Below are positions 51,235 through 58,851 of a stretch of 64,000 nt of DNA, piece after piece. Source of the DNA: Candidatus Heimdallarchaeota archaeon (GTDB lineage: Archaea > Asgardarchaeota > Heimdallarchaeia > JABLTI01); contig JABCTZ010000001.1 of assembly GCA_018238155.1 (NCBI GenBank), positions 32,001 through 96,000 of the forward strand. Direction: 5' to 3'. The position numbers and the translations under genes were made by a program. Numbering within the stretch: position 1 is the stretch's first letter; each line of letters starts with the position of its first letter. The notes beneath the pieces were generated by a model, which was given only the letters and a program-made list of their open reading frames with translations, was not told where the DNA came from and did no database searches.

Positions 51235-51747
51235 CTACTTTGTCAAACCTTGAAATTTAAGTAACATTTTTACAATATCTTTCTTGTTCATGTTGGTGTT
51301 ACAATATTTACACCGAATCATCAATGGATCACTGTTTTTAACAAAATAGGTTTGTTTTGGTGGTTCTCTTGCATTGGTGATGCATTTTGGGTTGATACAT
51401 TTTGGAAATCCATGAACTTCTTTAGGCAACTCTACTTTGAATTTGTTCACAATCTTGAAATTTTTTATTTCGTTAATTGTAGCTCTTGGAGTAATAAGTG
51501 AAATTTGATTAATTTCTTTTTTATCTAGAATTCTATTTTCAACTTTCACAATATCTTTTTTGGTTTTTTTCTTGCTTTGTACATTTAACGAAAGTGTTAC
51601 CATTGTTCCTTCTCTACCTGTAATTCCTAGCATCTCAAGTACAAGTAGTGCTGTTCCGGCAGCTATGTGATCTATCACTGTTCCATTTTTAATCTTTGAA
51701 ACTTTGAGTTCACTTGTTTCGGTTGTCTTTTCGCTCATAGTCATCAA
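51235..51747 (-). CDS. pyrI: Aspartate carbamoyltransferase regulatory chain
   Basis: VSKIKNGTVIDHI, KDIVKVE, CINPKCIT, RCKYC. Confidence 0.95.
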   Translation of the reverse strand: MMTMSEKTTETSELKVSKIKNGTVIDHIAAGTALLVLEMLGITGREGTMVTLSLNVQSKKKTKKDIVKVENRILDKKEINQISLITPRATINEIKNFKIVNKFKVELPKEVHGFPKCINPKCITNAREPPKQTYFVKNSDPLMIRCKYCNTNMNKKDIVKMLLKFQGLTK

Positions 51748-51764
51748 ATCCTTTGATAATATTG

Positions 51765-52700
51765 CTATATTTTTCCTCCAAGTATTAGATTTAAAAGTGC
51801 CATTCTTGTTAACACTCCATTGAATGTTTGGCTGAAATATACTGCATGAACAGTTTCATCCAAATCATAATCGATTTCATTTACTCGAGGGAGTGGATGT
51901 AAAACAGGTATAGGTCCTTTCGCTTCTTTCATTATTTTTTTAGTTAGAACATAAGCATCTTTAACTTTGGCATATTCACTCTCTTGGGCAAATCGTTCTT
52001 TCTGAATTCTTGTCATATAAATTGCATCTACTCTTGAAATGACATTGATTAAACTTTCTTCTTCATGAAATTCTAATCCTGCTTCTTTAAGATCAGTTTT
52101 TATTTCGTCTCTAATCTTCAATGATTGTGGAGATACAAAGTCGATTATTACACCTTTATATTTTGCTAAAGAATATGCAAGGGAATGTACGGTTCTACCA
52201 TATTTCAAATCGCCTACTAATGCGATTCTTTTTCCTTCAATTTCTTTCAATTCACGTTTTAAAGTAAGAAGGTCAAGTAATGCTTGTGTTGGGTGTTCTT
52301 CCGCTCCACTACCACCACTAATTACTGGTACCGATGAAAACTCTGCTGCTAACCGTGCAGATCCTTCCATAGGGTGACGGATTACAATTACATCGCCATA
52401 ATTAGCTACTGTTCGAATTGTATCAGAAAGGCTTTCACCCTTTGCTGCAGAAGAAGATTTTGGATCAGATACGCTAATAACTGCACCACCTAAACGATGC
52501 ATTGCAGATTCAAAACTTAAACGAGTTCTTGTGCTTGGTTCCATGAATAGAGAGACCATTACTTTGCCAACAAGAGGTTTTTTCCCTGAATGAATGATTT
52601 TTTCCATCTTTTCGGCTTCATCTAATATTAGATTAATATGCTCTCTAGTGAGGTCCCGAATTGACACTAAACTCTTTCCGAGGAATGATGTTTCTGTCAT
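51765..52700 (-). CDS. pyrB: Aspartate carbamoyltransferase catalytic chain
   Basis: EPSTRTRLSF, HPTQALLD, GDLKYGRTVHS, TRIQKER, HPLPR. Confidence 0.96.
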   Translation of the reverse strand: MTETSFLGKSLVSIRDLTREHINLILDEAEKMEKIIHSGKKPLVGKVMVSLFMEPSTRTRLSFESAMHRLGGAVISVSDPKSSSAAKGESLSDTIRTVANYGDVIVIRHPMEGSARLAAEFSSVPVISGGSGAEEHPTQALLDLLTLKRELKEIEGKRIALVGDLKYGRTVHSLAYSLAKYKGVIIDFVSPQSLKIRDEIKTDLKEAGLEFHEEESLINVISRVDAIYMTRIQKERFAQESEYAKVKDAYVLTKKIMKEAKGPIPVLHPLPRVNEIDYDLDETVHAVYFSQTFNGVLTRMALLNLILGGKI

Positions 52701-52898
52701 AGTTCTTCAAGAATAATTGCAGAATGTTTCTTCTAAAAAGGATTTTCGTCATCAATGGAAAAAAAATGCTTGACTTTTAAATTAATTATCTAATAAAATA
52801 ATCTTTCATTAGATAATACTAGGGCAAAAAAAAGATTTTTGATTCAAAAAAATAAAAAAGATTATTTTTGCCCACTTCTTTCGTGGACAAACTTTGTT

Positions 52899-53471
52899 TT
52901 ATGTTGCAATAGCTCTTTGTGCACTTGGTGTTGCGCCCATGAATCGGCGAACAAAATTTCCTAAACCAATAGATGTTAGGAAATACCAACCCGTGAATCC
53001 CATCCAAGTTAAATTACCAAGATATCGAACATTTGGTATTATTAAAGGAATAGATGGGAAATTAAAAGGCATCCAAGCGATTGGAATATTAACAAATGCT
53101 GATCTCATCAAGAAGAAAATGATTGTTACAGGAACAAACCAAACCAACATTGGTTTCATATTTTGAATCATCATTTCACTTTGGATTTTCTTAATATATT
53201 CTTCTCTTCTTTGAACTTTTTGCCATAATTTCTTATCAGCAGAATCCATTGCTTTCTTTTTATTTTCATTATGAATTTTGATTTCTTTTTGGTTTCGACT
53301 GATTTTCTCTACATTCACAAGTGCTTTTGTGAGTAAACTCATTAACACTGCCATCAATATATTGAACAAGATTATAAAATATGTTGATCCTGGTGCATAT
53401 AATATTCCTATAGCTTCAAAGATGAAGCTAAACCATGCTCCTACGGGATCAAGGAAACTTAACCAACCCAA
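52899..53471 (-). CDS. Oxa1-superfamily insertase (DUF106 / EMC3 / TMCO1 / Get1-like)
   Basis: TM, coiled coil, MKPM..FVP TM, W..WYFL.S TM; GGAG before TTG. Confidence 0.85.
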   Translation of the reverse strand: MGWLSFLDPVGAWFSFIFEAIGILYAPGSTYFIILFNILMAVLMSLLTKALVNVEKISRNQKEIKIHNENKKKAMDSADKKLWQKVQRREEYIKKIQSEMMIQNMKPMLVWFVPVTIIFFLMRSAFVNIPIAWMPFNFPSIPLIIPNVRYLGNLTWMGFTGWYFLTSIGLGNFVRRFMGATPSAQRAIAT

Positions 53472-53770
53472 AGTGTTTTTCTCCTATTGAAGTTATTATT
53501 GTGTTTCTTATGATAAGACGACACATTTAATCTAATAAAAGATTTCTTATTATTCGATAAAATGGTCTTTTTTTTCTCTGAAAGAGAAATAGAAAAGAGT
53601 AATATTAATACTTACCTACTCAATTATTTAATAGAGTGCATATAAAACCGAACTTCTCATCAAGAAGGTAACACTTAAATCTTCATTGCAAACACAATAT
53701 TCAAGAATGATAAATAATTCTCGCGATATAGCGAATGATATAGTTTAATAATTAAGGAATAGTGAAGCTA

Positions 53771-54040
53771 ATGAAACCAAGTGAACGTTTTGCCAAGAAA
53801 GTTTGGCGAAAACCACCCAAAAAAGATTCTGTAGGACACAAAGTACCTGTAAAATCTGGTCTAGGAAAATGTGCGATTTGTAAAAAACAAATTAATAGCA
53901 CCAAGAAGCGATTAATGAAAGATAACACTAAACCAACAAAAAGTCATACCAGGACCAATAGACCTTATGGTGGTTATCTTTGTACCAAATGTTTTAGAAA
54001 ACAAATTATCGAGACAAACAGAGCTTCAACTGAAGCTTAA
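53771..54040 (+). CDS. rpl34e: Ribosomal protein L34e
   Basis: KCAIC ... RTNRPYGGYLCTKC. Confidence 0.85.
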   Translation: MKPSERFAKKVWRKPPKKDSVGHKVPVKSGLGKCAICKKQINSTKKRLMKDNTKPTKSHTRTNRPYGGYLCTKCFRKQIIETNRASTEA

Positions 54041-54144
54041 TTCTCTCTTATTATTTCAGCTCTTTTCTAGATATTCGTAATATTCTTTTTACTTCTTTAC
54101 TGGTTTTATTTAAAACAATAATTTAATTTAGATTGGTGAAAAAT

Positions 54145-54525
54145 ATGGAATTTGATTTGCCTATAGATACAACTCACATCAAGAAGTTTACTGTAGAAGA
54201 AAAACATATCGCTGATATGCTTGGTAGTGGAAAGGTTGCAGTTCTCTCAACTCCTTCAATGATTTTGATGATGGAACAAACAGCAATGATCCATGCACAG
54301 GAGTATTTACCTGATGGTTGGATAACTGTTGGAACTAAAGTATGTATTTCTCATTTGAGAGCATCAAAACAAGGAGTAATCGTTTCTGTAAATACAAAAT
54401 TAACATCCTTTGAGAATAAGCATCTAATTTTTAATGTGGAGGCTTTTGAAGGAGAACACAAAATTGGTGAAGGAACACACGAAAGGCACATTGTCAATAA
54501 AGAGAAATTTATGGCAAGATTGTGA
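54145..54525 (+). CDS. FlK-like hotdog thioesterase
   Basis: GSG.V.VLSTP.MI..ME, TVGT...HL, IGEGTHER. Confidence 0.88.
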   Translation: MEFDLPIDTTHIKKFTVEEKHIADMLGSGKVAVLSTPSMILMMEQTAMIHAQEYLPDGWITVGTKVCISHLRASKQGVIVSVNTKLTSFENKHLIFNVEAFEGEHKIGEGTHERHIVNKEKFMARL

Positions 54526-54601
54526 GTTTTGTAATAAATGGAAAAATAAAAAGAAGAGGATGGTAGTTTGTTGTAGCTACCTATTTAGTTTTTTTTAAGA
54601 C

Positions 54602-55468
54602 TTAGTCAGATGGTTGCATACCGTCTATTAATACAATGATAACTGACATTCCAATCGGAATTAAAACATAAGTAAGCAAAGCCATCAAAACTGTTCCTTG
54701 TGTTCCTGATTCTGTGCTCATAATTGCTAGAACTGCGAGCATAATTACAAAGAAGATGGGTGTTACAACACCAATTACTAAGAATAATTCTGCAACTACT
54801 CCTAAACTTTCAATAAATTCTTTTTCTTCTCTAACTTTTTCACGCATTAACATTTTCGTTTCATTAGTGAGATAGCTAGTTAAATCTCCACCGCTGATAA
54901 CGACTGAAACTAATCCTTCCAAAAAGGATGCGTATATTCTTGAAGGTGAATTTTCTGCTGCTAATTCCAGTGCGCTTAGTAAATCATACCCTAGGATTTC
55001 AATATTTCGAGTGATTTTTTCTGCTTCTTTTGATACTTCAAGTTTAATATTTTCATTGGCTAATGCTAAGAATGCTTTATCTGGTGCTACTCCTGCAGAT
55101 GCCATTGCTGCGATGAATGAAGATGCAGTTGGTAGAGATGATTCTAGAGCTCTTTTTCGATTGCTGGCGATATAGTTGGGATAAACGTAAAACCCTATCA
55201 GAGTTGTTAATGGGATTAAAAGTCCAATAAAAAATGCTAACCACCAAACAATTTTGCCTGCGAACAAATAGACAATACCAATAGCTATTGGGAAACCAAG
55301 CAAAAGTGCAATAAGAGTTATTGATACTGCAGATGCAAGATACATTCGTAAACTTACACCCATATCAGCTCTTCGTAGTAATTTTCCAAGGTTTTCAAAA
55401 CGAGGTAATAACGGTTCCATTAATCTTCCGACGCGGAGATAAGCTATTCTCTTAAATGTTTTGCTCAT
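54602..55468 (-). CDS. Type II/IV secretion F-domain (TadC-like) platform protein
   Basis: L.RA.M, YP, LP....MA.AG, G.DLL.AL, SPS, SGGDL. Confidence 0.88.
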   Translation of the reverse strand: MSKTFKRIAYLRVGRLMEPLLPRFENLGKLLRRADMGVSLRMYLASAVSITLIALLLGFPIAIGIVYLFAGKIVWWLAFFIGLLIPLTTLIGFYVYPNYIASNRKRALESSLPTASSFIAAMASAGVAPDKAFLALANENIKLEVSKEAEKITRNIEILGYDLLSALELAAENSPSRIYASFLEGLVSVVISGGDLTSYLTNETKMLMREKVREEKEFIESLGVVAELFLVIGVVTPIFFVIMLAVLAIMSTESGTQGTVLMALLTYVLIPIGMSVIIVLIDGMQPSD

Positions 55469-55577
55469 AGGTTTTTCCTTCCTCTTATATTATTTAATAT
55501 TCTCTATTTTAAATTTTGGTTTTTTGCAAAAGAACAAATTATGCTTCTGACTCTGCAAAATTGATCTTGAAAAGGAT

Positions 55578-57128
55578 TTATTGCAATCCTCTTCGTGCAC
55601 GCTCAAATGTTTTTTCGGGATTGCTATAGTACTCACGAACTATAGTGCTAACATCTTCCCAGTATCGGATTTTCTTTTTGACCATCCATCGAAGAACAGT
55701 CTTTCTTTGCTCGATTTCTGCCCAGCATTCTTTATCAGTACTACCAAGACTATCTCGAATTCGTTCAACAATATATGATCGACCATAGAATGTGAAGTTA
55801 TCTTCTCTAGGATTCCACTTAAACACTGGATTCGTTAGCAATTCACTGCTTACAGGATCTACACCGGCAATTTCAGTGACTTCAACAGTACGTCTCATAA
55901 ATTTACCTGCTAAGCGCACTTTTGATTGCACCGCAACGATGTCAAGTGATCGTAAGAGTGTTCTTGGAATATTCATTGGTTCTGATTCTAACCTATGAAT
56001 TACTGATTCTACAGAGTCTCCATGAATGGTTGATAGACCAAGATGACCTGTAGCCATCGATTGGAATAACATATATGCTTCTTCACCACGGATTTCACCG
56101 ACAAGAATATAGTCAGGTCTCTGCCTAAGAGCAGCTTTTAGCAAGTCAAACATGGATATTTCTCCACGTTTTCTACCATCTTTCTCAATCCCACCAAACC
56201 CTAATCTCGAGACAGCGGGAATCCAATTTTCATGGGGGAGGTTAATTTCTGCAGTATCCTCTATAGAAACTATTTTTGCATCTGGGAGAATAAACATTGA
56301 AATACAATTAAGCAATGTTGTCTTTCCTGAGGCAACTCCACCTGCAATCATAACTGAATGTCTGTTTTCAATAACAAACCAATAAAAGGCACCAATTAAT
56401 GGATCAAGAGTATTTAGAAGGATAAGATCCGTAATTGTCATTGGATCTGCTTTGAATTTACGGATAGTAAATGTTGACCCTCTTTGAGTTACTTCTTTTC
56501 CATAAGTAATATTAATACGACTTCCATCTGTAAGTGAAGCATCTACAATTGGATTGGCTACACTGATGTGTCTACCTGATCTTTGGGCTAGCTTAATAAC
56601 AAATGAATCCAGTTCTTCTGCATTATCAAAAATGATATTTGTAGGAATTGATTCGTGTTTTCTATGCCAGACATAGATTGGTACTCCAACACCATCACAA
56701 GAAATATCTTCGATCATATGATCTTTTAATATAGGCTCAATTTTGCCAAAACCCAAAAGATCTCTCTGAACATAATAGAGAATCCTATCGAACGATTCTT
56801 CCTTCAATTTTAACGAATAATCTTTAACGATATCGAAGACTTTTTTACGAAGATATTCAGCTGCTCGATCCTTCTCTTTTAAGAGGGAGAAATCAACGTC
56901 CAATTCTTCAATTAGGATCTGTTTGATGGTTTTAAATTTCTCTTCCTCTTTCTGTTCTAAAGGAACCTCAACGACAATGTATTGAGTTCTTTTAGAGATT
57001 GGATCGGTCTGAATCAAGCAATAACTAAAAGGAGGGATGAGTGGATACGTCTCCTCAAGTAATGGAGCTGATTCAATGGAGGAAACTGGTTTGAATTGTT
57101 TCTCATCTTTTGGGAATTTCTCTGTCAT
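55578..57128 (-). CDS. Type IV pilus-like secretion ATPase (VirB11/TadA/ArlI family)
   Basis: IEDISCDG, TIRKF, GGVASGKTT, IEDTAE, RQRPD..VGEIRG, TGH..STIH. Confidence 0.93.
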   Translation of the reverse strand: MTEKFPKDEKQFKPVSSIESAPLLEETYPLIPPFSYCLIQTDPISKRTQYIVVEVPLEQKEEEKFKTIKQILIEELDVDFSLLKEKDRAAEYLRKKVFDIVKDYSLKLKEESFDRILYYVQRDLLGFGKIEPILKDHMIEDISCDGVGVPIYVWHRKHESIPTNIIFDNAEELDSFVIKLAQRSGRHISVANPIVDASLTDGSRINITYGKEVTQRGSTFTIRKFKADPMTITDLILLNTLDPLIGAFYWFVIENRHSVMIAGGVASGKTTLLNCISMFILPDAKIVSIEDTAEINLPHENWIPAVSRLGFGGIEKDGRKRGEISMFDLLKAALRQRPDYILVGEIRGEEAYMLFQSMATGHLGLSTIHGDSVESVIHRLESEPMNIPRTLLRSLDIVAVQSKVRLAGKFMRRTVEVTEIAGVDPVSSELLTNPVFKWNPREDNFTFYGRSYIVERIRDSLGSTDKECWAEIEQRKTVLRWMVKKKIRYWEDVSTIVREYYSNPEKTFERARRGLQ

Positions 57129-57149
57129 TTTTATCTGCACCTGTTAATA

Positions 57150-57641
57150 TTACCAAATATATATTGTAAAAGTATTTGATCCTGCTGCTCGGATAAAATC
57201 AATATGCTGTTGGAAGCTTTCACTATGTAACAATGGCAATCCAGTTCCTGCTTTATTTACTAATGAAACATCTTGCCAAGGAATAGTAGTTTCAAAGGGA
57301 ATTTCACTTATGGATGCATCTGAACTATCAATAGCTACCATAAACCAATGGTTCGCTCCTGGGAGGACTTTGAAAGTGATTTCATAGTGATGACCTGAAA
57401 TGTCTATAGGAAGACTAAGAGTTCTGTTGATTGCTACTCTAGTCTGAGGATCGGTACTCATACCTAACTCTAGAACATTTTTTAGCTCTTCAGCTACAGT
57501 TGTCAATACATCATTAAGTCCTACTTCAACGGTACTTTCAATTGTGTTCATATTAATCGTGTTGAAAGTTACAGTAACACCCGCAATAGCAATAACTCCG
57601 ATTGCAATAACACTGATGTACATAACCCATTCTGAAGCCAT
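57150..57641 (-). CDS. Pilin-like protein
   Basis: N-terminal ASE + hydrophobic helix, LP..I.G..Y.I motif; first gene of the pilus ATPase/TadC operon. Confidence 0.6.
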   Translation of the reverse strand: MASEWVMYISVIAIGVIAIAGVTVTFNTINMNTIESTVEVGLNDVLTTVAEELKNVLELGMSTDPQTRVAINRTLSLPIDISGHHYEITFKVLPGANHWFMVAIDSSDASISEIPFETTIPWQDVSLVNKAGTGLPLLHSESFQQHIDFIRAAGSNTFTIYIW

Positions 57642-57904
57642 TATTGTGTCTCCTAGTTAGTTTCCGTAGTTAAATGTAATAACAACGTCAATTGATAAAT
57701 CTATTCTTCTTACTATTTACTTAATTGTATACAGCTGATTTATTTCATAAGCAAAAAAACTTTTGCTAGGTCAAATTCTATTCTTAAATTATCTAATTTA
57801 AATCATTTGGGTGTTTTAAGCTAAATTCAATGTAAAAAAAGCTTTTTGTTGAAATAAAGACTGAAAAAGAAAAAAAAGAGGAGAGTATAAACTCTGCGCT
57901 TCGA

Positions 57905-58111
57905 TTATTTTCGTCTTCTTTTTACTGCTGTTACTCCAACAACAGCTGCTAAAGCAGGGATAGCAATTAACCATTCAAAACCAGTTGCTTCATTGTAGAA
58001 TTCGCCAATGTTATAACCTTCAATTTCAACACATTGTTCCATAACAAATGATTGTGTAATGCCTAAAATAGTACCAGAGCAATCTATGGCTACTTTCCAT
58101 CCTTGGCTCAC
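57905..58111 (-). pseudogene. 3' remnant of a cell-surface protein gene with GF-TM-basic sorting signal
   Basis: ...VEIEGYNI...TGFEW-hydrophobic helix-KRRRK; no signal peptide or RBS; abuts the cassette 2 promoter. Confidence 0.65.
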
Positions 58112-58130
58112 AAGATTTTTTTCTTGAAGA

Positions 58131-58250
58131 AAACCGACAAAAAACCAATACTGAATAACATTTATTAATATAATTTGCGTTGGAGAACTAGTAATCAGTT
58201 TTTCTGATTATTAGAAATTTATTGGAAAAATGAGGAAAAATGAGGAAAAA
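58131..58250 (+). promoter_or_regulatory. Conserved promoter + hairpin leader of cassette 2
   Basis: 58189-58250 matches 34929-34990 at 60/62; 58131-58174 matches 34871-34914 at 34/44 with the same offset. Confidence 0.8.
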
Positions 58251-58788
58251 ACAATTACTTGTAATATTGTTAATATCAATCTTTTGTTGTTCCATTTTTT
58301 TAAGGATGAATTCAACAAATTCCACAACAATAGAGCTTGATAAAATACAAATTGTAATCAATAAGATAGCTGTAACAGATGAATTGGCGAAAGTATGGTT
58401 TTTTAGTACTTGGTACTTTATGGAAATTGAACCAATGTACAAAAGACACTTTGGAACTTGGGGCGATCGACTTCAAAATAGTGATTTTCAATATGAGGAT
58501 TGGATTGGTAGTTCAAATAGATATCCTGCTGGAATTGAAGCTAATAAAATCAAGGTTTATTCTAATATTCTAAATATTGAGTATTCTTATTGTTTACCTT
58601 TTGAAGACGATGACAAATCTGAACTATCTCTCAGCTTCACACTCCACAGAAGAAATCCACATGGCAAGCATGTCTTTACTAAAGAATTTAATAATTTGGA
58701 CTACGGAGTTATGTATTCGAGTGGAGATTTGAATTATAGAAATTATGGCGGGCATGTGACTGTATATTTCACAGTCAATTTATTGTAA
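58240..58788 (+). CDS. Secreted beta-rich protein of unknown function (cassette 2)
   Basis: Signal peptide; shares P.Y.R.FG..GD, YP.GI, VY.N, V.VY.T..LL with 34980-35522. Confidence 0.8.
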   Translation: MRKKQLLVILLISIFCCSIFLRMNSTNSTTIELDKIQIVINKIAVTDELAKVWFFSTWYFMEIEPMYKRHFGTWGDRLQNSDFQYEDWIGSSNRYPAGIEANKIKVYSNILNIEYSYCLPFEDDDKSELSLSFTLHRRNPHGKHVFTKEFNNLDYGVMYSSGDLNYRNYGGHVTVYFTVNLL

Positions 58789-58812
58789 TGGGAACACCAT
58801 TACATTTTTTTT
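58784..58812 (+). terminator. Hairpin + T8 overlapping the stop codon of the secreted gene
   Basis: TGTAATGG-GAACA-CCATTACA-TTTTTTTT. Confidence 0.65.
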
Positions 58813-58851
58813 AAGAATTAAATAGAATGAATAAGAGGAGATGGTTGTACT

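Noticed and set aside
53690-53760. Possible C/D-box sRNA upstream of rpl34e
   Set aside because: ATGATA elements are present but there is no canonical C box/CTGA D box pair, and the stem is only 4 bp.
54602-57641. Archaellum operon
   Set aside because: No archaellins or ArlH/F/G; the TadC-like gene is short, unlike ArlJ.
58188-58442. 84-aa minus-strand ORF over the conserved leader
   Set aside because: Antisense to the secreted gene; the leader's conservation is better explained by the plus-strand promoter/UTR.
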